This document shows positions 50,070 to 60,942 of a DNA stretch of 64,000 nucleotides, one piece after another. The position numbers were made by a program, and so were the translations under genes. Every line of letters begins with the position of its first letter. The stretch's first letter is position 1. Under the pieces are notes generated by a model, which was not told the DNA's origin, ran no database searches, and worked only from the letters and a program-made list of their open reading frames with translations. The stretch comes from an uncultured candidate division Zixibacteria bacterium (GTDB taxonomy: Bacteria > Zixibacteria > MSB-5A5 > GN15 > FEB-12). The stretch spans positions 544,001-608,000 of the forward strand of contig CAWDXE010000007.1 of NCBI GenBank assembly GCA_963806185.1. The letters run 5' to 3'.

Positions 50070-50483
50070 CTAATTCCCGGGTAACCGGAATTCCACTGTG
50101 TACGATATCCAGGCTGCAACCGGGTGATGGTTGACGAGTGCCGGTCGGAAGTGATTGGCCAGGGCCGCATGCCAGGCTGAATAGGCAAACCCGGGGAAAT
50201 TGCCGGCGTCGAGGATCTCCACCTGCTTCACCACGCCATCGGTGCCAATCAACGTCCGGAGTCTCACTGCGCCCTCGATGGCCGCCTGTTGTGCGAGACG
50301 TGGGTATTCGGGCACCACGTAACGCTGAAAAACGGGGGGGCGGTCGACGTGCCCTTCCACCTCGATACTAGGATAGTGCACGACGCGGTCGTTACTGACG
50401 GCACTGCCGGTAGTCGACGAATCGCCGCATGCGGTGAGGCAGGCGATGGCGAACACGATGACAAAGAAGAAACCAATCTTCAT
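50070..50483 (-). CDS. TonB C-terminal domain lipoprotein
   Basis: LTAC lipobox; PEYPRLAQQAAIEGAV...IGTDGVV...FRPA; TTGACA-N17-TATCGT promoter. Confidence 0.8.
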   Translation of the reverse strand: MKIGFFFVIVFAIACLTACGDSSTTGSAVSNDRVVHYPSIEVEGHVDRPPVFQRYVVPEYPRLAQQAAIEGAVRLRTLIGTDGVVKQVEILDAGNFPGFAYSAWHAALANHFRPALVNHHPVAAWISYTVEFRLPGN

Positions 50484-50585
50484 CGACAACTCTCTTACCA
50501 CCCGATTGTATGACGTGTCTAACGATATCCATGATTCACGCGGGTGTCAAGAGGCAAATTCGCGTTATCAAGCTTGATGGAGAGC

Positions 50586-50864
50586 CTATCGTTCTTCTGA
50601 CGTAGTCGGGTCGATGACGGCACGGACGGCCGAAACGGAGTTGGCGGGGAAACCGCCGCGCCGGGCATGTTCGCGAATGATCTCCGCGTTGGGCGCGATA
50701 TACACACAGTATATTTTGTTATCGGTCACATAGCTTTCGACCCATTGGATTTCGGTACCCAGGGCCTCAAGCACGCTGCAGGATTTCTGGGCGATCTTAT
50801 GAAGATCTTCACTGGAGGCATTCCCGATGGCGGGGATCTCGCGCTCGATGACAAACTTCGGCAC
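50586..50864 (-). CDS. DUF4242 domain protein
   Basis: MPKFVIER, IQWVESYV, YCVY.AP and HARRGGFPA motifs. Confidence 0.88.
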   Translation of the reverse strand: MPKFVIEREIPAIGNASSEDLHKIAQKSCSVLEALGTEIQWVESYVTDNKIYCVYIAPNAEIIREHARRGGFPANSVSAVRAVIDPTTSEER

Positions 50865-51028
50865 TTAAGTACTCCTCCCCGAAGGGGGCGTTAGACGTTT
50901 GGCCCGATCGGGGCCTCGTTCAATCGGCGACTTAATGAATCTACCTTGTAACTCTTCTGGGGTCAGGGAAGTTCCCACCAAACACGCTGGTTGACAATGG
51001 GCGTACTTTGTCTCACATTCGGGCTACT

Positions 51029-51784
51029 ATGGCACCAACAGACCAACCGGAGAAGGAAATCGTCGGCGGCTTGATGCCGTTTCTCGAACATCTCGAGGAA
51101 TTGCGCAAGCGAGTAATTCGTTCGGCGCTGGCAGTGGTTGTCTTTGCGATTATTGCTTTCTATTTTTCCGATTATCTGATCGCTTTTCTGATCGCTCCGC
51201 TTGGCGGTATTAAACTGCACGTCACCGAGGTCACCGGGTCTTTCAGCGCTTATATGCGAGTCTCGATTATCGCGGGCATCCTGTTCGCCCTGCCGGTGAT
51301 TTTCCATCAGCTCTGGGGGTTTGTCTCGCCGGGGCTGTACAAGAAAGAACGATCCAAGGTTGTGCCGCTGGTGCTTATCTCCACCGTGCTCTTTCTTGTT
51401 GGCTGTGCTTTCTGCTACTACCTGGTATTGCCGTTTGCGCTCAAATTCCTTATTGAGTTTTCAGGTGGGCAGTTCAGCCCGATTATTACGGTCGGCTCGT
51501 ACATCTCTTTTTCCGGCATGCTCCTGCTGGCATTTGGACTGGGGTTTGAAATTCCGGTCGCCGCCTATCTGCTCGGCAAGATGGGAGTGATCACCGCTGG
51601 TTTCCTGAGCCGGGGGAGACGGATAGCGATTGTGGTAATTTTGATAGTCGCCGCAGTTCTGACGCCGACACCGGACGTCTTCACGCAATTGCTCCTGGCC
51701 ATACCGCTTTATATCCTCTACGAAGTGTCCATTTTGATTGTCTGGCTCACCCAGCGGAAGCCAAAAGTGGACACCGAAAGCTAA
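51029..51784 (+). CDS. tatC: Twin-arginine translocase subunit TatC
   Basis: MPFLEHLEELRKR, FVSPGLY..E, GFEIP, TPTPD and LYEVSI motifs. Confidence 0.96.
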   Translation: MAPTDQPEKEIVGGLMPFLEHLEELRKRVIRSALAVVVFAIIAFYFSDYLIAFLIAPLGGIKLHVTEVTGSFSAYMRVSIIAGILFALPVIFHQLWGFVSPGLYKKERSKVVPLVLISTVLFLVGCAFCYYLVLPFALKFLIEFSGGQFSPIITVGSYISFSGMLLLAFGLGFEIPVAAYLLGKMGVITAGFLSRGRRIAIVVILIVAAVLTPTPDVFTQLLLAIPLYILYEVSILIVWLTQRKPKVDTES

Positions 51785-51889
51785 TTCGTTACGTTTTATT
51801 AGCTTATCCGGGACAGTTCAAGGGCTGGAGACAGAATCCTGATTGACTTTCGGGGCTGAAAGCAATACCATGTTGGCACAAAATTGCCG

Positions 51890-51961
<72 letters not shown>

Positions 51962-51982
51962 CTTTTTTATTGGGATTTATTG

Positions 51983-53266
51983 ATGAAGATACTCGATGTC
52001 AATCCGGATTCGCCGCTCTTTGGCTATGTAAGGCCGGGGTATTCTATTGTCTCGGTCAACGGTCAGGCCATTCAGGACAGCATCGATTTCCGGTACAAGC
52101 TGGCCGAGGATCAGGTGAAGATTGTTTTCTTGGACAGCAACGGCCGCGAAATTGATTTTCAGTTTGATGAAATGGCGGCTGGTGATCTGGGATTGACGCT
52201 CGATGATCGCAAGATAAAGCTGTGCAAAAACGACTGCATCTTCTGTTTCGTGCTGCAGCAGCCGCAAGGAATGCGGCGGATGCTGTATCTCAAGGACGAA
52301 GACTACCGGTTGTCGTTCACCCACGGCAATTTCATCACGCTGTCGAATACCACGCAGGCCGATCTGGAACGGATTGTCGAACAGCGGTTATCGCCGCTGT
52401 ACGTGTCCGTTCACGCCACCGATGACAAGCTTCGTCGGTGCATGTTGCGCAACGAACGGCTGGCGCCGATCGTCCCGCGCTTGAAATATCTGGCGGAAAA
52501 CGGTATTACCATTCATACGCAGGCGGTGCTCTGCCCGGGCGTTAACGACGGTCCGTATCTGGAGAAGACGGTGACGGAACTTGCGGCGCTGTACCCGTCG
52601 GTGGAGTCGCTGGCGGTGGTGCCGGTGGGACTGACCAAGTACCGCGACCACCTGCCGAATCTTCGCACCTACACGCCGGCGGAAGCGGATCAGATTATTG
52701 ATTATGTCGAATCGGCCCAGCAGAGATTTTTGCAGGAGACGGGAAGCCGGTTTGTCTGGCCGGCCGATGAGTTTTATATCGCAGCCCAGCGCACGGTGCC
52801 CCGGCAGGTCTCATACGAGCACATGCCGCAATTCGAAAACGGCATCGGCATGGTGCGCGAGTTCATCACGATGTTCAATCGTCGGCGCAAGCGGATCGCG
52901 GGCCTGAAAACGTCGCGGCGGGCGCTCATGCTGACCGGATTCTCGGCGCATTCGTTCCTGTGCCGAGAAATCATGCCGTTTATCCAGAATGAGCTGAAGC
53001 TGCCGGTGTCCCTGGCCGCCGTGCCGAATCGGTTTTGGGGAGAAAGTGTGACCGTCTCGGGACTGCTGACCGGGCAGGACATGTTGCGGTATGCGCGGTC
53101 GCACAGTGATGAATTTGATGTGGTTGTTTTGCCGCCGAACTGCATCAATAATGACGACCTGTTCCTGGATAATCTTTCGTTGGCACAGTTTGCCACGGCA
53201 CTGGGGAAACCGGTGTTGATCGGCCAGTACAATTTAGCGGCGACCCTGCAAGAAGTGTGTTCATGA
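51983..53266 (+). CDS. DUF512 radical-SAM-like protein with N-terminal PDZ-like domain
   Basis: CKNDCIFC, KDEDYRLSF..GNFITL, VVPVGLT, QFENGIG and VSGLLTG motifs. Confidence 0.9.
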   Translation: MKILDVNPDSPLFGYVRPGYSIVSVNGQAIQDSIDFRYKLAEDQVKIVFLDSNGREIDFQFDEMAAGDLGLTLDDRKIKLCKNDCIFCFVLQQPQGMRRMLYLKDEDYRLSFTHGNFITLSNTTQADLERIVEQRLSPLYVSVHATDDKLRRCMLRNERLAPIVPRLKYLAENGITIHTQAVLCPGVNDGPYLEKTVTELAALYPSVESLAVVPVGLTKYRDHLPNLRTYTPAEADQIIDYVESAQQRFLQETGSRFVWPADEFYIAAQRTVPRQVSYEHMPQFENGIGMVREFITMFNRRRKRIAGLKTSRRALMLTGFSAHSFLCREIMPFIQNELKLPVSLAAVPNRFWGESVTVSGLLTGQDMLRYARSHSDEFDVVVLPPNCINNDDLFLDNLSLAQFATALGKPVLIGQYNLAATLQEVCS

Positions 53267-54573
53267 ATCTCCCCACGGTAGCCATCATCGGGCGACCAAA
53301 TGTCGGCAAATCGTCCTTGTTCAACCGATTTCTGAAACGCCGCGTCGCCGTGGTCGACCCAACCTCCGGAGTTACGCGCGATCGCAACTATGCCGTTTGC
53401 GACTGGAACGGCCGGGACTTTCGGCTGGTGGACACGGGGGGCATGGTGCCGGATTCGCGCGATTTGATGGAACGGCTGATTACGGATCAATCCGACTTTG
53501 CCGTCAACGAAGCCGACCTGGTGCTGTTTGTGGTCGATACGCAGGTGGGCGTTGCCGATCATGATCTCGCCTTGGCCCGTCGACTTCAGAAGGCGAAAAA
53601 GACGACGATTCTGGTGGCGAACAAGGCCGACAATCAGGATCTCACCAACCAGTCATACGAGTTCATGCAGTTTGGGTTCGGCGAACCGATGGCCATCTCC
53701 GCTACCGAGGGATTGGGGATCGGTGAACTGCTCGACGAGTTGGTGAAGCGACTGCCGCCGCTGGTCCCGAACGAGGAAGCCGATGATACGATTCGCGTGG
53801 CGCTGGTGGGTCGACCCAACGTAGGTAAATCGTCGTTCATCAATAAGCTGTTGGGGGAGGATCGCCTGATCGTCACAGAAATCGCGGGGACGACGCGCGA
53901 TTCGGTTGATACCGATGTCGTGCTGGACGGCCAGCGGTATATCGTTGTTGACACCGCTGGACTGCGCCGGAAATACAAGGTGCAGGAAAACATCGAATTC
54001 TATACCAACCTTCGGACGATCCGGGCGGTCGAGGGGTGCGACGTTGCCATTATTCTCATTGACGGTGTTGACGGCGTCACGAGCCAGGATCAACGGGTGA
54101 TTGCCGATGTGCTGGAGGCCCGACGAGGGGCTGTGCTGGCTGTCAACAAGTGGGACCTGGTTGAGAAGGATGAGAAGACGGCGGATAAGTACACCATCCA
54201 GATCAACGAGAATCTGGCCCGGTTTGCCTATCTGCCGATCATTTACATCTCCGCGCTCTCCGGGCAGCGCGTCAACAAAGTCATGCAACTGGTGAAGAAG
54301 GTGTATGAAGAACAGCGCAAGCGAGTGCCTACTCCTCAGCTGAACGATCTTCTGCAACGGGCCGTGGGTCGTCGGAAGCCGCCGGCGTTGCACGGAAAGT
54401 ATATCCAGATCAAATACGTCGCGCAGACGGAAGTCAATCCGCCGACGTTTATCTTTTTTGCCAACCATCCTGAACTGCTGGACAAAGGATATCTGGCGTA
54501 CTTGACCAATCAACTCCGCGACGAGTTTGGGTTTGAAGGAGTACCGATTCGAGTCAAGGCGCGTGAGAAGTAA
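53263..54573 (+). CDS. der: Ribosome biogenesis GTPase Der
   Basis: Two GRPNVGKSS G-domains (DTGG/DTAG, NKAD/NKWD) and a KH-like tail. Confidence 0.97.
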   Translation: MNLPTVAIIGRPNVGKSSLFNRFLKRRVAVVDPTSGVTRDRNYAVCDWNGRDFRLVDTGGMVPDSRDLMERLITDQSDFAVNEADLVLFVVDTQVGVADHDLALARRLQKAKKTTILVANKADNQDLTNQSYEFMQFGFGEPMAISATEGLGIGELLDELVKRLPPLVPNEEADDTIRVALVGRPNVGKSSFINKLLGEDRLIVTEIAGTTRDSVDTDVVLDGQRYIVVDTAGLRRKYKVQENIEFYTNLRTIRAVEGCDVAIILIDGVDGVTSQDQRVIADVLEARRGAVLAVNKWDLVEKDEKTADKYTIQINENLARFAYLPIIYISALSGQRVNKVMQLVKKVYEEQRKRVPTPQLNDLLQRAVGRRKPPALHGKYIQIKYVAQTEVNPPTFIFFANHPELLDKGYLAYLTNQLRDEFGFEGVPIRVKAREK

Positions 54574-54640
54574 GATCGCATTCATCCGCGATCGGATTAG
54601 TCAATGTCCGGTATGCTCTTAATCTGCATTCATTTATAGC

Positions 54641-54667
54641 TCCAGAAACCGCCCTGTCAGCCGATAC
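54641..54667 (+). promoter_or_regulatory. Sigma28-like promoter upstream of signalling operon
   Basis: TCCA-N15-GCCGATAC. Confidence 0.45.
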
Positions 54668-54675
54668 CTAGGTTG

Positions 54676-55974
54676 ATGGTCGAAGCAGTCGTCACAACCG
54701 AGAAAATAGACTCGCTGGAAGCAAAGCTGGCCAGTCAGAAGGCGCAATTGCGCGATCTGGCCACCATGGGCGCTGTCATTACCTCTATCCATGAGATCGA
54801 TGCGGTCTTGTCGGTAGTCATGGACATGGCTATGGGATTGGTGGCCGGTGAGGTGGGGGCAATCCTGCTGGCTGACGGAGAGAGACTCAAACCGCGCATA
54901 TCGTGGGGCGTCGAAGATTCATTCTTGCACGATCTTGCCTACCAGGATGGGTTATCGCTTCCGGAGTACGCGTGGCGACATCGGACGCCGATCCTTCTTT
55001 CCGATCTGGAGCTGGTTTCCGCTACCGGCATCAAACTGAATTCCATCATTGTCATGCCGATTCAAACGCACGAGACCTGCCACGGGGCGTTGGTCATCTT
55101 CAACAAGACTCACGGCGGCAATTTTGACGATGAGGATCGCGACAGCCTCGAAATGCTGTTGAACTTTGTCGCCGTCGCCATCGACAATACTCGCCTCATC
55201 CAGGAGAAGCTGGAAAGTCAGCGGATGCAGCAGGAGATGGCGGTCGCCAAGCAGATTCAGGAAACGATTCTTCCCCAGGACGTCGGCACGATTCCCGGCG
55301 CCACCATCGGGGTGGCGTATTTTCCGGCCCGCGAGGTGGGGGGTGACTTCTACGACGTGGTGAAGGTGAGCGATCAGGAATTTCTTGTTATCATCGGCGA
55401 CGTCTCGAATAAGGGCGTGCCGGCGGCGCTGGTCATGTCGGCGTCATGGGGAATCATCAAATCGCAATTGGCGCATGAACCGGGGATATCGGTATCGCAG
55501 TTGGCCTGTCGTCTGAATGATTTGCTCAGCCATGAGATCATCAAGGATAAAGAGATGTTCGTCACGCTCTTTTTCGCCCGGTTCAACCTGGCCGAGCGGC
55601 GGCTGACGTTCTGCAATGCCGGACATCTGCCGGGGATGTTTTGGGACAGCCAGGCGAATCGCGTCGAGACGTTGTCAGAGGGGGGATCGATCGTCGGGCA
55701 GTTTCCCGGAGCGGCTTTCAAACAAGGAGCCATTTCCCTTCATGAGGGCGATCGGCTGTTTCTATTCACCGATGGATTGACGGAAGCGGCCGATGCGCAG
55801 AATCGGCTCTTCGGGCGCAGTCGAGCGGAGCAGGTATTTATCAGCGAGTTGAATTTGTCACCCCAGGAGTTCTGCTTGCGCGTCAAGGAGTGGGTGGACC
55901 GATACACGCTTGATGCGCCACCGGATTCGCAAGATGACTTCACAATTCTTCAGGTTCGGGTGGGAGAACTATGA
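54676..55974 (+). CDS. GAF plus SpoIIE/RsbU-like PP2C phosphatase
   Basis: VGGDFYD, GDVSNKGVPAA, CNAGH, FTDGLTE and DDFT motifs. Confidence 0.93.
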   Translation: MVEAVVTTEKIDSLEAKLASQKAQLRDLATMGAVITSIHEIDAVLSVVMDMAMGLVAGEVGAILLADGERLKPRISWGVEDSFLHDLAYQDGLSLPEYAWRHRTPILLSDLELVSATGIKLNSIIVMPIQTHETCHGALVIFNKTHGGNFDDEDRDSLEMLLNFVAVAIDNTRLIQEKLESQRMQQEMAVAKQIQETILPQDVGTIPGATIGVAYFPAREVGGDFYDVVKVSDQEFLVIIGDVSNKGVPAALVMSASWGIIKSQLAHEPGISVSQLACRLNDLLSHEIIKDKEMFVTLFFARFNLAERRLTFCNAGHLPGMFWDSQANRVETLSEGGSIVGQFPGAAFKQGAISLHEGDRLFLFTDGLTEAADAQNRLFGRSRAEQVFISELNLSPQEFCLRVKEWVDRYTLDAPPDSQDDFTILQVRVGEL

Positions 55975-56399
55975 AACAGCACACGTACATCTACCCATCG
56001 GTCTCGGAGGCGGAAGAAACGTTTTACGAGGATTTGCGGAAGGCCTTGACGGCGAGTGGGATAGACCCCGCTGTCAGCCACCGTTTCATGCTCGCCCTTT
56101 CGGAGGCCTTCACCAATGCGCTGGTGCACGGTAACCAGCGTGATCCCAACAAGCTGATCACGGTTCGTCTGGAGGTAATGGAAGACGAGCTCCGTGCCGA
56201 TATAATCGATCAAGGAAAAGGAGGAATGGCGAGGATTGCCCGTCGACCGGAACCCACTGACATGTCGGAGGGAGGTCGGGGAGTGGATCTGATACGACAT
56301 TTCTCACCGGGGGCAGAATTTTCGGAAGACGAAGCGGGGGGGCTGAAAGTGACGATCCGGATGGCTCGCCGGTCGTGCTGTGAACACAAGTATAGTTGA
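55971..56399 (+). CDS. Anti-sigma factor Ser/Thr kinase (RsbW-like)
   Basis: SEAFTNALVHGN, DQGKG and EGGRG motifs. Confidence 0.9.
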   Translation: MKQHTYIYPSVSEAEETFYEDLRKALTASGIDPAVSHRFMLALSEAFTNALVHGNQRDPNKLITVRLEVMEDELRADIIDQGKGGMARIARRPEPTDMSEGGRGVDLIRHFSPGAEFSEDEAGGLKVTIRMARRSCCEHKYS

Positions 56400-56420
56400 A
56401 GTTGCCTTAGCGGAGGTAGT

Positions 56421-56771
56421 ATGGAAATCAGTGTTCGGGAACGTGGTGGTGTGGCGGTAGTCGTATTGCGCGGCCGGCTCGATCTGGCCAGCGGCACTAT
56501 GCTCAAGGATCAGGTGAAGTCGCTGCTTAAGAAGGGCACGCTGCAGGTGCACTTGAATCTGGCCCAGGTGGAGTTTATCAACAGCTCCGGTCTGGGAGCC
56601 CTGGTTTCGGTGATGAAAGAAGTGCGGCTGCAGAAAGGGCGCTTCACGCTCTCCAATCTGGTCAGCTACGTCCAGGAAATTTTCGATATCACGCAATTGT
56701 CTCACATCTTCGAGATTTTCGCGACCGAAGAGGAAGCGTTGATGTCTTATCAGAACGCTACGACGGTATAA
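56421..56771 (+). CDS. STAS anti-anti-sigma factor (RsbV-like)
   Basis: GRLD and FINSSGLGAL motifs. Confidence 0.92.
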   Translation: MEISVRERGGVAVVVLRGRLDLASGTMLKDQVKSLLKKGTLQVHLNLAQVEFINSSGLGALVSVMKEVRLQKGRFTLSNLVSYVQEIFDITQLSHIFEIFATEEEALMSYQNATTV

Positions 56772-56801
56772 GGTGGCGATCTGCGACAGAGGGGTAGGAA
56801 C

Positions 56802-58709
56802 ATGGAAAATGTCGTAGCGCAAATTGGGGAACTGCTATCCGAATTGCAGTCGCCCGACTTCTTCGTCCGCGAAACTGCGGTCAAATCGCTTGGGCAGTTT
56901 CAGGAAGACGAAGCGGTTGCCGGCCTGGTCATGGCGCTCGAGGACTCCGACCTGGGCATACGCGAACTGGCCGCCCAGCAACTGAGCCAGATTCGCGGCG
57001 GCACGGCCGCTCAATTGCTCATTCGCTTCCTGGCGCATGTCGATATCGGCACGCGCAATCTGGCCTCTGAGATCCTGGTGAAAATCGGTCACGACGCGGT
57101 CGAGCATCTCGTGGCCAATTTGAAGGATGAAGACCATGACGTACGAAAGTTCATCGCCGACGTGCTCGGCTTGATTGGCGATGACGCGGCGGTTGACGGA
57201 TTATGCCAGGCGTTGTGGGACGATCATATAAATGTGGCTTGTTCGGCCGCCGAGGCGCTGGGCGAGGTTGGGTCCGCAAAAGCGATGAGCCATCTCATTG
57301 CGGTGGCGAGACAGTCGGAGGATGTGCGACCATCAGCCATTGAAGCGTTGGGCAAGATCGGTGATCCGGAAGCATTGCCGGCACTCTACGAGTTTCTCGG
57401 CACGAGCGATCCGGTCATCCAGTTCGCGGCAATCGAGGCCATCGGCAAGATCGGTCGGGCTGATTCGGTACCGCAGTTGGTGAAGTTTCTCAGTTGCTCA
57501 GAGCAACCGTTGGCTGAGACCTCGATGGCCGCCATCATTCGGGTGTGCATGAAGCACGGCGGGAGGATCAATTACGATATCCCCCTCACAAAATTCACCG
57601 ATTACCTGTTCGACGCCATCAAGAATCACGATGCCGAAGTGACCGAGTTCACTCTCAGTCGACTCGGTCGGTGGTACGGCCACGACGTAATTCGCAAGCT
57701 GCTTGATGTGATCGAGTGCTTCGACGAACCGAAATTCCGCCGGGTCATGGCGATCCTGGCTGAGATAGGAGAGCCGGCCGGTGTACTGATCATCGAACGA
57801 CTGCCGGCCGCTGCGCCGGCATTAAAACTGAAATTGCTGGAAATCCTGCGGATGATTGTGACCGACGATCTGGCGGCGCGCCTGCTCCCGATAGCTTTCG
57901 ACGAAGATCAAGAGGTGCGCATGAAGGTGGCACAGATTCTCGGGAGCTCGACCAACAAGGACGCCGTGCCGGTGCTGAAAAAACTGGCCCTGGATGACAA
58001 CGGTCACGTGAGAGCGTCGGCCTATTCGGCGCTCGGGTGGCTGGCCCAGGAAGCCGACGCCGACTTCATTTTTGCCGGTCTGGACGACAAATATGCGGAT
58101 GTTCGCGAAGCGGCGGTAGGCGCCCTGGTGATACTGGGCGGACCGCGCGTCGTCGCAAAATTCACTGCCGATCTTTACCATGAAAATCCGGAACGTCAGC
58201 GCCTGGCCGTCACTGCCCTTGGCTGGATCGGCGAGGCTGACGTGGTGGAGCCGCTTCTCCGGGCGATCAATCACCCCGAGCCGCAGGTGCGCAAGTCAGC
58301 CATTTCGTCGCTGGCGCGAATCGGCCTGGTCCCGGACAGCGAACCGATCGCGATGGCGCTTAATGACGAGAACAGCGCCGTGCGAAAGGCCGCGGTCACA
58401 GCGCTCTTGGCCATTGAGGGTGAGGCGGCCGTCAACAAAATCAAATTCCTGCTTGACGACGGCGATGTCTGGGTGCGCTATCATACCATTGCCACAATCG
58501 GCGAGCTGCGGAACAAGGCGTATGCCGAGTATCTGCGTCCGCATCTCGACGCCGACCTGGATATTATCAAGATTGCCTCCGCCAAGGCGTTGTCGCTGCT
58601 CGGCGATGAGCAGGCAATCGCCACGCTGCAGCGACTCACGGGGAACAAGAACAAAGATCTAGCTGAAGCGGCGGCCTTTGCGCTGCAGCGCATCGGAGGG
58701 CCGTTTTAA
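56802..58709 (+). CDS. HEAT/PBS-lyase repeat protein
   Basis: Many L.D....VR..A..ALG repeats. Confidence 0.9.
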   Translation: MENVVAQIGELLSELQSPDFFVRETAVKSLGQFQEDEAVAGLVMALEDSDLGIRELAAQQLSQIRGGTAAQLLIRFLAHVDIGTRNLASEILVKIGHDAVEHLVANLKDEDHDVRKFIADVLGLIGDDAAVDGLCQALWDDHINVACSAAEALGEVGSAKAMSHLIAVARQSEDVRPSAIEALGKIGDPEALPALYEFLGTSDPVIQFAAIEAIGKIGRADSVPQLVKFLSCSEQPLAETSMAAIIRVCMKHGGRINYDIPLTKFTDYLFDAIKNHDAEVTEFTLSRLGRWYGHDVIRKLLDVIECFDEPKFRRVMAILAEIGEPAGVLIIERLPAAAPALKLKLLEILRMIVTDDLAARLLPIAFDEDQEVRMKVAQILGSSTNKDAVPVLKKLALDDNGHVRASAYSALGWLAQEADADFIFAGLDDKYADVREAAVGALVILGGPRVVAKFTADLYHENPERQRLAVTALGWIGEADVVEPLLRAINHPEPQVRKSAISSLARIGLVPDSEPIAMALNDENSAVRKAAVTALLAIEGEAAVNKIKFLLDDGDVWVRYHTIATIGELRNKAYAEYLRPHLDADLDIIKIASAKALSLLGDEQAIATLQRLTGNKNKDLAEAAAFALQRIGGPF

Positions 58710-59083
58710 TGGCACACCCATCGATTCTGGTGGTGGATGACGAACTCCTGATCCGGGACCTGCTGTACGACTTCTTCAGCGGCCAGGGCTGGGACATAGC
58801 AGTCGCCGAGAATGGCGAGAAGGCGCTCGACATCCTGAAGACGAAAGCCGTGGATGTGATCCTCACCGACATCAAGATGCCGCAGATGGACGGTCTGACG
58901 CTGGCGTCACGGGTGCGGGAAATGAAGCCTGAAATCCCGGTCGTGGTCATGACCGGATTTCCTTCGGTTGACACGGCGGTAACGGCGTTACGCTCGAAAG
59001 TCGCCGACTATGTCGTCAAGCCGTTCAACATTCACCAGCTTTATAAGACCCTCGAAGGGTACGCGAAAGAAGCCAAGAAATAG
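58709..59083 (+). CDS. Single-domain response regulator
   Basis: VVDDE, TDIKMPQMDG and KPF motifs. Confidence 0.92.
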   Translation: MAHPSILVVDDELLIRDLLYDFFSGQGWDIAVAENGEKALDILKTKAVDVILTDIKMPQMDGLTLASRVREMKPEIPVVVMTGFPSVDTAVTALRSKVADYVVKPFNIHQLYKTLEGYAKEAKK

Positions 59084-59117
59084 CCGACCGTTGGCAGAGG
59101 AATGAAAAGGGTGCTGT

Positions 59118-60109
59118 ATGCTGACCGGTCCAACGCAGGAACTTGAAATGACGCTTGAGGAGTTTACCATGTTTCGTGACTATATTCACGAAAAGAGTGG
59201 TATATTCTTCGCCGAAAATAAAGTCTATCTCCTGAAGAACAGGATTCAGAAGCGCATGGCCGAGCTCGACATGCGCAGCGTCAGAGATTATTTCTACCAC
59301 GTCAAGTACGACGTTTCGCTTCGCGAATTCAACCGTCTGATGGAACTGGTGACCACCAATGAAACCAGTTTCTTCCGAAACGAGCCGCAGCTCTTGTCGT
59401 TTTCCGACGAAGTCGCTTCCCCTCATTATCGCTCAAAAGCTGAAAGAACGGGGACTCAAGACGATTCGCATCTGGTCAGCCGGGTGTTCCACGGGCGAAG
59501 AACCGTATACGCTGGCGATTATCCTGATGGAGGCACTTAAAGGGCAGGTGGGCTGGAACGCTGGAAATCATCGCCAACGACATTTCCGAGCAGGTGCTGC
59601 AGAGGGCGAGAAGGGTGAGTACTCCGGTATTACACTGCGCAACTTGAAGCCGGATATGCTGGAGAAGTACTTCACCCGCACCGGGGAGATGTATAAGGTC
59701 AAGCCGGATGTCAAGATGCTGGTGAAGTTCTCCCATCTGAACCTGAATGACCCGAAGAAGATATCGCTGATCAATAATATGGATGTCATCTTCTGCCGAA
59801 ACGTCATGATCTATTTTTCGGATGACGTAAAGCGGCAATTGGTTCGTGGATTTTATAACGCCTTGAAGCCGGGCGGGTACTTCTATATCGGCCATTCCGA
59901 GACGTTGCACGGTATTTCGAAGGCCTTCAAGCTGGTCTATTTCAAGAATGCGCTGGTGTATCAGAAGGAGGCGACGAGTGCAGACGGTCGAGAGTGCGGC
60001 CGGCAAGACGGCGACGGCTGCCGCCGCTGCGACCAATCCGGCGTCGGCCGGAGTCTCGCGAGCGCTCGATCTGCTCAGTCAGATTCGATCGAGTGCGCCA
60101 AAGAAGTGA
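59118..60109 (+). CDS. cheR: Chemotaxis methyltransferase CheR (frameshifted)
   Basis: TTNETSFFR, IWSAGCSTGEEPY, FCRNVMIYF and GHSE split over frames; shifts near 59415, 59560-59610 and 59985. Confidence 0.88.
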
Positions 60110-60140
60110 ACGAAACGGGGCCAAGGACAGGATAAACAGT

Positions 60141-60523
60141 ATGAGCCAGACGATCTTAGTGGTCGATGATTCTCCGACAGTCGTCAAGTTCGTCTCCTTT
60201 TCGCTGCGCAACAGCGGTTTCACGGTAGTGACCGCCTGTGACGGCATGGACGCGATCGAAAAGATGTCGACCCTCGAGGGGAAAGTCGATCTGATCATCA
60301 CCGACCTGAACATGCCGAACCTGGACGGGTACAGCCTGATTCAGACTGTTCGGCAGAATGATCGAACACACGCGACACGCCGATCATCATCCTGTCGTCG
60401 GAGGAAGGTGATGACGACAAAGCCCGGGGGATGGAGGTGGGCGCCAGTTCGTATCTGGTCAAGCCGTTCAAGTCATCGGTGCTTTTGAGCGAGGTCGACA
60501 AATACCTGAGCAAAGGCACATAG
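60141..60523 (+). CDS. CheY-like response regulator (frameshift near 60370)
   Basis: MSQTILVVDDS and TDLNMPNLDG, then PIIILSS...GASSYLVKPF in another frame. Confidence 0.85.
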
Positions 60524-60545
60524 CGGTCAGTAGCAAGGAGGCACA

Positions 60546-60919
60546 GTGGCGGAAATGAAGATCCTGGCGGTTGATGACAGCCCGACTATGCGGCGCATCA
60601 TCATCAACACGCTCAAACGGGCCGGCTACAATGACGTGATTGAGGCCGAAGGCGGACGCGAAGCGCTGGCCAAAATGAAGGTGGAAAAGTCAATTTCATC
60701 ATCACCGACTGGAACATGCCGGAGATGGACGGTCTGACGTTTGTCTCGACGCTGCGCGGGATACCGGAATACAAGAATATCCCGGTTCTCATGGTGACGA
60801 CGCGTTCGGTCAAGGACGACATCGTTGAAGCAATGAAAGCCGGCGTCAACAACTACATCGTCAAGCCCTTCACGCCGGAAACCCTTAAAGAGAAGATCGA
60901 ACAGATTCTGGGCAAGTGA
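60546..60919 (+). CDS. cheY: CheY response regulator (frameshift near 60690)
   Basis: KILAVDDSPTMRRII, then TDWNMPEMDG and AGVNNYIVKPF. Confidence 0.88.
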
Positions 60920-60942
60920 CGCTCGCGATCAAGGAGGATGGC

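Noticed and set aside
51874..51888. TGGCACAAAATTGC as a sigma54 promoter for tRNA-Gly
   Set aside because: GG-GC spacing is 9, not 10, and a good sigma70 promoter lies just upstream.
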